DNA of 64,000 bases from Escherichia phage vB_Eco_BGP: sequence record OZ035849. The stretch is one strand, 5' to 3'. The notes beneath the pieces are model-generated. The model was given only the letters and a program-made list of their open reading frames with translations. It ran no database searches and was not told where the DNA came from. The position numbers were made by a program, and so were the translations under genes. The stretch's first letter is position 1. The number at the start of each line of letters is the position of its first letter. Shown in pieces: positions 54,011-63,225 of the stretch.

Positions 54011-54306
54011 TTAGACTATCAGCAGTAATATTATCTATTGGTCTTCTAGTTGGTTGTTCGACAAAGCCTCTAGAAGTAAAGAAAGAAACAGTTCATCCTA
54101 ATTGGCCAGTACAAATAAAGTCATACGATGAAGCTAAACTATCCTGGCAAGTTAAAGTTATTGATGGTAAAGCTTGGGTCGGTATGCCATTCGAAGATTC
54201 CCAGGAATTTCGTATTTGGCTTAATGATGTAAAACGATATGTACATGATCAGAAAACTATGATATGTTATTATCGCCAAGAGTTAAAAGAGGATAAATGC
54301 AAATGA
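54007..54306 (+). CDS. pseT.2: outer-membrane lipoprotein spanin (o-spanin)
   Basis: 99 aa; signal peptide with lipobox LLVGC; ATGA overlap with the i-spanin stop. Confidence 0.7.
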   Translation: MIRLSAVILSIGLLVGCSTKPLEVKKETVHPNWPVQIKSYDEAKLSWQVKVIDGKAWVGMPFEDSQEFRIWLNDVKRYVHDQKTMICYYRQELKEDKCK

Positions 54307-54527
54307 TTTCATGGCATCAATTTGAACATCTCAAAGGATTGATTTATGAATCCGAGATGGCTGCAATGATTTACGGACGCCAGATTCAGCGGTTAGAATC
54401 TTTACCTCCAACTAATGATGTTTTATTAGCTCAATCTCGTGCTAATCTTAAAAATGAATACCAAAATAAGTGGGGTAAAGCATCTAAAGACCTGCATGAT
54501 TATATTCAATCATTGGTTGAGAAATAA
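54297..54527 (+). CDS. hypothetical protein (76 aa)
   Basis: ORF. Confidence 0.45.
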   Translation: MQMISWHQFEHLKGLIYESEMAAMIYGRQIQRLESLPPTNDVLLAQSRANLKNEYQNKWGKASKDLHDYIQSLVEK

Positions 54528-54530
54528 TAA

Positions 54531-55755
<1,225 letters not shown>

Positions 55756-55756
<1 letters not shown>

Positions 55757-55953
55757 TGGCGTGGCATCATGAAACTTGGTCTATTGTTATTGTAAATAGT
55801 GGTTTAGTTGGTACTAGTAATGGGCAATTTTGTGTATTCACTAGTGAAATCAGAGCTTGGGAGGAATGCCTTAAATTAAGAGAAAAGAATCCTGATATTG
55901 AACTAACAGTAAAGAAAACTAAACTGCCTTTACCATGGAAAACTTATGAATAA
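55756..55953 (+). CDS. hypothetical protein (65 aa)
   Basis: ORF, ATGA-type overlap. Confidence 0.45.
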
Positions 55954-56146
55954 TATAGAAAAGATTTATCGTCTTTGTGATAAAATTGAAAAAGAAAAGA
56001 AATATCTATTTTGTTTATGGCCTATTGTTGACGGAAGAGTAGGCCTAGATGTTCTTGATTATGAAACAGAAGACAAAGTAGATGGTTCAACTTTTGATAA
56101 CGCTTTGGATGTTATTGATTGGCTCGAAGAAAATTATGTGAGGTAA
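55946..56146 (+). CDS. hypothetical protein (66 aa)
   Basis: ORF. Confidence 0.45.
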   Translation: MNNIEKIYRLCDKIEKEKKYLFCLWPIVDGRVGLDVLDYETEDKVDGSTFDNALDVIDWLEENYVR

Positions 56147-56148
56147 AT

Positions 56149-56424
56149 ATGTTTCCGACTTACTCTAAAATCGTAGAAGTAGTGTTTAGCCAAATTATCG
56201 CTAATAACATGTTTGAAAAGCTTGATAATGCAGCTGAACTTCGAATCCACGCTCAAGTGACTCATGTATTGAATACTTTGCTTCCAGACCAGGTGGATTC
56301 TGTTGCCATCACGTTGTATCCAGGTTCCGCGCATATCATTGTTGTATTCGGTCTTGATGCTGAGCTAGTCATCAAAGGCGATATTCGCTTTGAATCACAG
56401 ACATCAGAATTCAAAGCAATTTAA
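56149..56424 (+). CDS. hypothetical protein (91 aa)
   Basis: ATG 56149 with SD GAGGTAA (track ORF 56119-56424). Confidence 0.45.
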   Translation: MFPTYSKIVEVVFSQIIANNMFEKLDNAAELRIHAQVTHVLNTLLPDQVDSVAITLYPGSAHIIVVFGLDAELVIKGDIRFESQTSEFKAI

Positions 56425-56426
56425 TA

Positions 56427-56456
56427 GTTTACTTTACGGTAGAGTTGTGATATTAT
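56427..56456 (+). promoter_or_regulatory. T4-type early promoter with inverted repeat flanking the -10
   Basis: GTTTAC 56427-56432, TATTAT 56451-56456; GGTAGAG (56438-44) / CTCTACC (56459-65). Confidence 0.6.
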
Positions 56457-56486
56457 AGCTCTACCAAAACAAATGAGGAAATTGAA

Positions 56487-57014
56487 ATGAGCGAATGGTT
56501 TGAAGAAGATAAGGTTTATCGCTTTAAAGCTGGATATAAAGATATTTTTAATGAAACTTGCGGGGCTAATAAACGAATTGCCCAGTTTATTGGGGAAAAT
56601 TCATTTAAAGTAAAAATAGATCCTGCGAAAAATGTTATTAGCATTAAACGCGAAATTGATGATTGTTGGTATAAAGCTGTTGATGTAATGGGCGAATCTT
56701 ATAAAGTTAGCCCGTTATTTTCAATTGCTTATATGTTAGAATATTCTTTTTTCGAAGAAGTTCAAAAAGATGATTCTGTCAGTAAATTTGAAATTAAAAC
56801 TGATAAAGAAATTAAGTGGAAAGTAGTAGGTATTACTGGTTGTATGTTTTATATCTATGCTCAAACTGATACGAAGGAAGAAGCTAAAAAGAAAGCTCTA
56901 GAATATCTTGAAGAGTATGAAGAAGGCCCGGTAATGATTACTCAAGATGCTGAATTAGTTTCTGTCAAATTAGTTAAAAACGTTGAAAGTAAGGAGCTGG
57001 GATCAACATGCTAA
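56487..57014 (+). CDS. hypothetical protein (175 aa)
   Basis: ORF with SD GAGGAAA. Confidence 0.5.
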   Translation: MSEWFEEDKVYRFKAGYKDIFNETCGANKRIAQFIGENSFKVKIDPAKNVISIKREIDDCWYKAVDVMGESYKVSPLFSIAYMLEYSFFEEVQKDDSVSKFEIKTDKEIKWKVVGITGCMFYIYAQTDTKEEAKKKALEYLEEYEEGPVMITQDAELVSVKLVKNVESKELGSTC

Positions 57015-57244
57015 GTGAAAAACCAATTACTGTTAAAGAATTCCAAGAAAAAGTTAAACTATTTGCACAGGAATTAGTAAATAAGGTTTCTGAACGATTT
57101 CCTGAAACATCGGTTCGTGTTATTACCGAAACTCCTCGTTCAGTATTAGTAATTGTGAATCCAGGTGATGGCGATCAAATATCGCATCTTAAACTGGATT
57201 TTGATGGATTAGTTGAAGCACAAAGGGTGTATGGCGTACTATGA
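57008..57244 (+). CDS. hypothetical protein (78 aa)
   Basis: ORF. Confidence 0.45.
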   Translation: MLSEKPITVKEFQEKVKLFAQELVNKVSERFPETSVRVITETPRSVLVIVNPGDGDQISHLKLDFDGLVEAQRVYGVL

Positions 57245-57579
57245 TGAATTTAACTGATATAATTGATAATTGTCTTGAAAATGATACTGGCGATCATAGA
57301 GCGCTTGACTCTGAAACAGCAAAGTTCATTAGAATAACTTTAATGAATGATACTCTAGTGAATAGTATTCATCCTTCTGTGTATGATGCTATTATTGTGA
57401 CGAAGTATCCGGTTGAGCTTCACAAAAAGATGGTTGGTGCAATTTTTATTGATAAGAAAAACCGCTTTAAAGATGGGCAGAATATAATTAGTTCTGTTAT
57501 TAAAAGTATAACTAAACTTCGTCACGAAATTTATCGTGTTGAAACTGCTAAATCTGCTTATCTGGTGATTATGAAATGA
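57241..57579 (+). CDS. hypothetical protein (112 aa)
   Basis: ORF. Confidence 0.45.
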   Translation: MMNLTDIIDNCLENDTGDHRALDSETAKFIRITLMNDTLVNSIHPSVYDAIIVTKYPVELHKKMVGAIFIDKKNRFKDGQNIISSVIKSITKLRHEIYRVETAKSAYLVIMK

Positions 57580-58157
57580 AAGCGAGTACAGTACTTCAAA
57601 TTGCATATTTAGTATCACAAGAATCAAAATGTTGCTCCTGGAAGGTAGGAGCGGTAATTGAAAAGAATGGACGTATTATTTCTACCGGATATAATGGTTC
57701 ACCTGCCGGGGGTGTGAATTGCTGCGATTATGCTGCTGAGCAAGGTTGGTTGCTGAATAAGCCTAAACATACTATCATTCAAGGTCATAAGCCTGAATGC
57801 GTATCATTTGGTTCAACTGATCGTTTTGTTTTGGCGAAAGAACATCGTAGTGCTCACTCGGAATGGTCATCTAAAAATGAAATTCATGCTGAACTAAATG
57901 CAATTTTGTTTGCTGCACGAAATGGTTCTTCTATTGAAGGTGCTACTATGTATGTAACACTTTCTCCTTGCCCAGATTGCGCAAAAGCGATAGCTCAATC
58001 TGGTATTAAAAAGCTGGTTTATTGTGAAACATACGACAAAAATAAACCTGGTTGGGATGATATTCTGCGAAATGCAGGTATTGAAGTGTTTAATGTTCCT
58101 AAGAAAAACTTGAATAAGTTAAACTGGGAAAATATCAACGAATTCTGCGGTGAATAA
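57576..58157 (+). CDS. cd: dCMP deaminase
   Basis: 193 aa; zinc-binding HAELNA...PCPDC deaminase motifs; matches T4 Cd. Confidence 0.92.
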   Translation: MKASTVLQIAYLVSQESKCCSWKVGAVIEKNGRIISTGYNGSPAGGVNCCDYAAEQGWLLNKPKHTIIQGHKPECVSFGSTDRFVLAKEHRSAHSEWSSKNEIHAELNAILFAARNGSSIEGATMYVTLSPCPDCAKAIAQSGIKKLVYCETYDKNKPGWDDILRNAGIEVFNVPKKNLNKLNWENINEFCGE

Positions 58158-58393
58158 TGAAATTTCGTTTGGTAAAGCTCACAGCAATTAGTTCTTATTC
58201 TAACGAGAACATCTCATTTGCTGTAGAGTATAAGAAATATTTTTTCTCTAAATGGAAACAGTATTATAAAACTGATTGGACTAGTATTGATAGACCATAT
58301 AGTTGGAAATCTGATTTAGAAAAATGCCAAAAATTACTTTCCACCCTTAAAGAACGTGGAACAACTCATATTAAAACTGTGATAGGTAAATAA
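58157..58393 (+). CDS. hypothetical protein (78 aa)
   Basis: ORF. Confidence 0.45.
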   Translation: MKFRLVKLTAISSYSNENISFAVEYKKYFFSKWKQYYKTDWTSIDRPYSWKSDLEKCQKLLSTLKERGTTHIKTVIGK

Positions 58394-58702
58394 ATGAAAC
58401 TAACAACTGAGCAGAAAGTAGCAATTCGTGAAATTTTGAAAACTAAATTGTCCATGGGTGTTTCAAACGTAGTTTTTGAAAAGTCTGATGGTACTATTCG
58501 TACTATGAAAGGTACTCGTGATGCAGACTTTATGCCAACCATGCAAACCGGTAAATTGACTGAATCTACTCGGAAAGAATCTACGGATATGATTCCAGTA
58601 TTTGATGTTGAGCTCGGTGCATGGCGAGGTTTTTCTATTGACAAATTGATTTCTGTTAATGGTATGAAAGTTGAGCATTTGCTTCAATTTATTGGTAAAT
58701 AA
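58394..58702 (+). CDS. hypothetical protein (102 aa)
   Basis: ORF. Confidence 0.45.
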   Translation: MKLTTEQKVAIREILKTKLSMGVSNVVFEKSDGTIRTMKGTRDADFMPTMQTGKLTESTRKESTDMIPVFDVELGAWRGFSIDKLISVNGMKVEHLLQFIGK

Positions 58703-58758
58703 ATGCTTTAAGAATTATTTGTTATTATTAACTCATCTGTTAACAAAAAGGAAAAACG

Positions 58759-59094
58759 ATGTCTGAAGTACAACAGCTACCAATTCGTGCTGTCGGTGAA
58801 TATGTTATTTTAGTTTCTGAACCTGCACAAGCCGGTGATGAAGAAGTTACAGAATCAGGACTTATTATCGGTAAACGTGTTCAAGGTGAAGTTCCTGAAC
58901 TGTGTGTAATTCACTCTGTCGGTCCTGATGTTCCTGAAGGTTTCTGCGAAGTTGGTGATTTGACTTCTCTCCCAGTTGGTCAAATTCGAAATGTTCCGCA
59001 TCCTTTTGTAGCTCTGGGTCTTAAGCAGCCAAAAGAAATTAAACAAAAATTTGTTACCTGTCACTATAAAGCTATTCCGTGTCTTTATAAGTGA
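58759..59094 (+). CDS. 31: co-chaperonin gp31 (GroES-like)
   Basis: 111 aa, [21 protein letters not shown]...; matches T4 gp31. Confidence 0.92.
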   Translation: MSEVQQLPIRAVGEYVILVSEPAQAGDEEVTESGLIIGKRVQGEVPELCVIHSVGPDVPEGFCEVGDLTSLPVGQIRNVPHPFVALGLKQPKEIKQKFVTCHYKAIPCLYK

Positions 59095-59102
59095 TATAAA
59101 TA
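59095..59102 (+). promoter_or_regulatory. late-type promoter TATAAATA
   Basis: Exact TATAAATA right after the gene 31 stop, 140 nt upstream of rIII. Confidence 0.4.
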
Positions 59103-59241
59103 ATAATATGAATTGGGTGTCGGAATAATAAGTTAACCGAACAATTCTATGTGGTAGTCTACAACTGAGAGATCTGTCGAAAGAAGATGAAATTCAGAAG
59201 AACGTGACTACCGAGTTTTAATCTCTAACGAGAATTTTTAA

Positions 59242-59490
59242 ATGATTAAACAATTACAACACGCTCTTGAACTGCAACGAAACGCATGGAATAATGGTCA
59301 CGAAAACTATGGCGCATCTATTGATGTTGAAGCCGAAGCTCTTGAAATCCTGCGTTATTTCAAACATCTGAATCCTGCTCAAACTGCATTAGCTGCTGAG
59401 CTTCAGGAAAAAGATGAACTTAAATATGCTAAGCCTTTGGCTTCTGCTGCACGAAAAGCAGTTCGTCACTTTGTGGTAACACTGAAGTAA
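59242..59490 (+). CDS. rIII: rIII lysis-inhibition accessory protein
   Basis: 82 aa, MIKQLQHALELQRNAWNNGHENYG...; matches T4 rIII. Confidence 0.88.
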   Translation: MIKQLQHALELQRNAWNNGHENYGASIDVEAEALEILRYFKHLNPAQTALAAELQEKDELKYAKPLASAARKAVRHFVVTLK

Positions 59491-59888
59491 TTTACTGGAG
59501 ATTCACTGCCTTAGTGTGAGCTAAAATCGAGGAGCCGTCGAACTGTCTGATTAATGATTTGCGAATCATTATAGTTTTAAGACCCCGGCAGTTTTACGGT
59601 GTACCTCTTGAATGTTATTCTTATAGCGGCAAGTGCATGCTACCCCGAGGTGATGGCCAATCGGGAGTACGCCTCAAGGCCTATATATCCATCAGTATAT
59701 ATCTTATCCTCGAGAAATCGAACCCGGAACCTTTAAGCTAACGGTGTGCAACAGATAAGAGCTATAAGGTATGATGACGGGTTTATGGTTATCCTGGTCG
59801 TTAAATATCCAAAAACCTATGTTCCCCTTGAGGGCTTGCGCAGGCAATGCCAATAAGTCCTGCATTTTCATTTAAAAGAGAATTTATA

Positions 59889-60065
59889 ATGGCAAAACAA
59901 GCTAAAGCAAAGAAAGCAGTTGAAAAGAAAGTTGGTGATTCTAAACGCGCTGGCTACAAGCGTGGGTCGAACTCTCGTATCAATCAAACTGTTGAGAAGA
60001 TCATGCGCCGAGCACGTGCGGTTCTTCGAGATGATGCTTCTCGTTTTGGTAAGCAGAAAGCATAA
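59889..60065 (+). CDS. hypothetical basic protein (58 aa)
   Basis: ATG 59889; Lys/Arg-rich (track ORF begins at 59847). Confidence 0.45.
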   Translation: MAKQAKAKKAVEKKVGDSKRAGYKRGSNSRINQTVEKIMRRARAVLRDDASRFGKQKA

Positions 60066-60070
60066 GTTGA

Positions 60071-60095
60071 GGACTCCTTCGGGAGTCCTTTTTTT
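60071..60095 (+). terminator. rho-independent terminator (GGACTCC-UUCG-GGAGUCC, T7)
   Basis: Hairpin identical to the one at 3990-4007. Confidence 0.8.
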
Positions 60096-60119
60096 ATTTT
60101 CCAAAGATTGCATAAAGTT

Positions 60120-60149
60120 GTTTACAGTATGGTTCCTTTGTGATAGTAT
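60120..60149 (+). promoter_or_regulatory. T4-type early promoter
   Basis: GTTTAC 60120-60125, TAGTAT 60144-60149. Confidence 0.6.
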
Positions 60150-60176
60150 TATCTTACACAAACAAAGGAGAATAAA

Positions 60177-60509
60177 ATGAAAACGATTAATCTGAACGCT
60201 ACAGTTAAAACTAAATGCTTCAATGGTAAATATGATGAAACTATGTGGTTCTTAATGGCAGTTGAAGGTGATATCATTGAAGTAGAAACAACAGAAGGTA
60301 TGGGAACAGATTTCACCTTTACAATTCAAGTTCATAATTTCTTTACTGGTTGGATTTATGAATTGAATACAGTAATCGTTGGAAAAATTGAACAAAATGA
60401 ATTAGGTGAATGGTATTATGTTACAGCTCGCCAACGTGCCGAACGCTTAATTGAGAAGATGAAAAAAGTTGGTAAACTTGACATGCAGCATTGGAAAGTA
60501 GTAAAATAA
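60177..60509 (+). CDS. hypothetical protein (110 aa)
   Basis: SD AAGGAG; ORF. Confidence 0.5.
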   Translation: MKTINLNATVKTKCFNGKYDETMWFLMAVEGDIIEVETTEGMGTDFTFTIQVHNFFTGWIYELNTVIVGKIEQNELGEWYYVTARQRAERLIEKMKKVGKLDMQHWKVVK

Positions 60510-60511
60510 TT

Positions 60512-60540
60512 GTTTACTTTGGTACAGGACATGATATTAT
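60512..60540 (+). promoter_or_regulatory. T4-type early promoter with inverted repeat flanking the -10
   Basis: GTTTAC 60512-60517, TATTAT 60535-60540; GGTACAGG (60521-28) / CCTGTACC (60544-51). Confidence 0.6.
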
Positions 60541-60576
60541 ATACCTGTACCGCAATTAAACATCTTGGAGAATAAA

Positions 60577-60942
60577 ATGAACTACATTAACTTTGAACGT
60601 AAATATGTTTCTAATGGTATTGCAGGTTCTATTGATACCATCTGCCTTTGGAAACATCAAAATGGATCAGTATGCGAAATCGAACAGTATATGACTCCTA
60701 ACTACGTTTATATGCGATTTGAAAACGGTATCACGGTTTCAATCACGATGGAAGGTTCCAACTTTAAAATCGCTCTGGATGATGATTTCCGTCAACGTGA
60801 TTTAGGGACTCATCCTTGCTGGAATGGTGCTAATCGTAAACTCTTAGTTAAAACTTGGATTCGTCATATTCTGAGTAACAAAGCTAAACCTGAGCACTTG
60901 GAAGCAATCTTTGATGTAGTTCTTAACGAATTTGATATTTAA
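60577..60942 (+). CDS. hypothetical protein (121 aa)
   Basis: ATG 60577 after SD GGAGAA. Confidence 0.5.
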   Translation: MNYINFERKYVSNGIAGSIDTICLWKHQNGSVCEIEQYMTPNYVYMRFENGITVSITMEGSNFKIALDDDFRQRDLGTHPCWNGANRKLLVKTWIRHILSNKAKPEHLEAIFDVVLNEFDI

Positions 60943-60981
60943 AATAAATGAGGGGCTTCGGCCCCTATTGAGGAAAATATT

Positions 60982-61269
60982 ATGTTTATGACTACTTATT
61001 TTGATACCCGCAAAAATTTCTGTGAAGTTGTTTTCTCAAAGGCACCTAAAGACCTTCCTGCACATTTGCAACCTACTAGCGAATCGATTAAAAACTACGT
61101 TGATGTGGTTTGTCCTTTAGAGTTCCGTACTGTAAATGGGCGTGATACTTTAGCTATCACTAAACTCAATCGCGAAATTGACATTGACCCTTCAATTGCG
61201 CGCGAAATTAATATCTCTGATATTGGCGGCGGTAATGTTAAATCGCACGGTTTTCAGATGAGGTTCTAA
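60982..61269 (+). CDS. hypothetical protein (95 aa)
   Basis: ORF after a UUCG hairpin (60949-60965). Confidence 0.45.
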   Translation: MFMTTYFDTRKNFCEVVFSKAPKDLPAHLQPTSESIKNYVDVVCPLEFRTVNGRDTLAITKLNREIDIDPSIAREINISDIGGGNVKSHGFQMRF

Positions 61270-61466
61270 TGAAATTCTTTTTAGGTCAAACTGTTGAATT
61301 AAAGGGAGTTGGTATACCTGGATTAATTTCTAAGGTTCTACCTCCATTTAAATGGAGTGGTATTCAAATAAAAGAGGCTTATATTGTTTCCTGGGTAGAT
61401 GGAAATGAAGACCTTCGTATGGGTGATGAATTATCTCCTATCTACGGATTAAAGGAATTAGTATGA
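61269..61466 (+). CDS. hypothetical protein (65 aa)
   Basis: ORF. Confidence 0.45.
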   Translation: MKFFLGQTVELKGVGIPGLISKVLPPFKWSGIQIKEAYIVSWVDGNEDLRMGDELSPIYGLKELV

Positions 61467-61669
61467 ATATAATTAATAAGATTTTTGGAATTCAGTACAT
61501 TAAGGTCACATATAAAGTAACAGATAAAAATCCATATACTGATGAACGTGAAGAACCACGAGTTGAGTCTATTATATTAGAAAAGGACCCTAACTGGCCA
61601 GTTGAATTTCGTCTTCCTTGCTATGGTCATTGGGCTGATGTTGAAATTATAAGCATTGAAAATGTCTGA
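61463..61669 (+). CDS. hypothetical protein (68 aa)
   Basis: ORF. Confidence 0.45.
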   Translation: MNIINKIFGIQYIKVTYKVTDKNPYTDEREEPRVESIILEKDPNWPVEFRLPCYGHWADVEIISIENV

Positions 61670-62120
61670 GTTAGAGATTAGAAGCAATTTTAGGTGGCCA
61701 TCATGTGCATTAAGTAATTTCGCCCAATGGCCTTTCGTTATGGATGGTATTCAATTTGGAGGTCTTGAAGGATTCCTCCAAGGATGCAAGGTGAAAAACG
61801 TTGAACAACAACGTCGTATATTTGGGTTATCCGGGCTTGCCGCTCAACAAGCTGGAAGGTCTTATGCTAGAGCTCAGGACCGTGGGACCCTCTTCTGGCT
61901 TGGAGTTCCATTTTCAAGATACTCCCCGGCGTGGAAAGAATTATACACAAATGCATATTTTGAAGCAGCGATCCAAAACAAGGGCTTTCGTGATGCATTA
62001 CAAGCCTCGAAAGGAAAAGTTTTGAAGCACAGCATGGCTAGTGGTCTAACAAAAGATGATACAATACTAACCGAAGCTGAATTTATTGATGTGTTAAACC
62101 TATTAAGAGACTCTCTATGA
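61656..62120 (+). CDS. NADAR-family (YbiA-like) protein
   Basis: LSNFAQWPFVMDGIQFGGLEGFLQGCK aligns with the E. coli YbiA core FSNFAAWPIKVDGKTWPTSEHYFQAQK as I recall it. Confidence 0.55.
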   Translation: MKMSELEIRSNFRWPSCALSNFAQWPFVMDGIQFGGLEGFLQGCKVKNVEQQRRIFGLSGLAAQQAGRSYARAQDRGTLFWLGVPFSRYSPAWKELYTNAYFEAAIQNKGFRDALQASKGKVLKHSMASGLTKDDTILTEAEFIDVLNLLRDSL

Positions 62121-62956
62121 AGCCTACTATTTTAACTGATATTGATGGAGTGTGTTTAAGCTGGCAATCAGGCCTTCCTTATTTTGCTCAGAAATATAAT
62201 CTTCCGTTGGAACATATTTTAAAAATGATCCAAGATGAAAAATTTATTTCTCCTGGTAAACTTTTTAATTGTGATGAAGAACTTGGTGTCAAGTTAATTG
62301 AAAAATACAATCGTTCAGATTTTATTCGTTACTTGTCTCCATATAAAGATGCTCTGTGTGTAATTAACAAATTAAAAGAAGATTATAATTTTGTAGCTGT
62401 TACAGCGCTGGGTGATTCTATTGACGCTCTGCTGAATCGTCAATTTAATTTGAATGCTCTTTTTCCTGGTGCCTTCTCAGAAGTACTGATGTGTGGTCAT
62501 GATTCTTCAAAAGAAGAGTTGTTCAAAAAGGCAAAAGAGAAATATAACGTAATTTGTTATATTGACGATCTCGCTCACCACTGCGATCACGCGAGTGAAA
62601 TATTAAGTGTTCCTGTTTATTGGATGGCTCGAGGGGAACGTGACAGTATTCCAAAAACTGCTCAGCGAGTTTATACATGGAACGATGTAGAGAATAAGCT
62701 TTTTTCACCAAAGGAAAATAAAGAAAGTTTTGATAGTGAAAAAGCTATAAAAGATGTAATTGAAAAGATGATTAAAAACGATTCTTTTCGTTGGAACACT
62801 ACCTGGAGAACTCCTGGATTTAATCCTTATAATCATCTATATCATCCATATCAGACACATCCGTTTCAGACATGGAACTATATTAAACCCGGCGGTATAG
62901 AGTATTTGTATAATAGACCTACTTGTGGTGATAATATTTTCCAAGGAGCATTCTAA
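62117..62956 (+). CDS. HAD-superfamily phosphatase-like protein (279 aa)
   Basis: N-terminal motif ILTDIDGV (DxDG, HAD motif I). Confidence 0.55.
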   Translation: MKPTILTDIDGVCLSWQSGLPYFAQKYNLPLEHILKMIQDEKFISPGKLFNCDEELGVKLIEKYNRSDFIRYLSPYKDALCVINKLKEDYNFVAVTALGDSIDALLNRQFNLNALFPGAFSEVLMCGHDSSKEELFKKAKEKYNVICYIDDLAHHCDHASEILSVPVYWMARGERDSIPKTAQRVYTWNDVENKLFSPKENKESFDSEKAIKDVIEKMIKNDSFRWNTTWRTPGFNPYNHLYHPYQTHPFQTWNYIKPGGIEYLYNRPTCGDNIFQGAF

Positions 62957-63225
62957 TGTTTGTTGTTCACACTATTTATGAAAATGAAGGTAATACTACA
63001 CGTGATTACGGTCACGTAAATCAATTTTTTAGATGCAATCCAGAATTCCGAGCTCAAAAAGACGAACGAATTTTTAAAAAATGTGTAGAGCAAGGTTTCA
63101 TTTATATCAAGCACTGGATGCAAGGAAATAAAGTTAGAACTACATATCATAGGTCTTTAACTGAGCTTAATGATGAATTGATTTATAATAGAGCTGTAAA
63201 TCAAACTCTGAAGGATGAACAATGA
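62956..63225 (+). CDS. hypothetical protein (89 aa)
   Basis: ORF; stop overlaps gene 30 ATG. Confidence 0.45.
   Translation: MFVVHTIYENEGNTTRDYGHVNQFFRCNPEFRAQKDERIFKKCVEQGFIYIKHWMQGNKVRTTYHRSLTELNDELIYNRAVNQTLKDEQ

Noticed and set aside
59559-59741. 60-aa ORF within the GC-rich island
   Set aside because: No SD and an implausible composition; the region is reported as a non-coding candidate instead.
59700-59800. Possible tRNA on the minus strand (GGGTTCGA-like segment)
   Set aside because: Could not assemble a consistent acceptor stem, D-arm and anticodon arm by eye; needs tRNAscan-SE before any call.
62523-63150. Minus-strand ORFs (62 and 65 aa) near the HAD-like gene and the gene 30 start
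   Set aside because: Antisense overlaps with plus-strand genes that have overlapping start/stop coupling.
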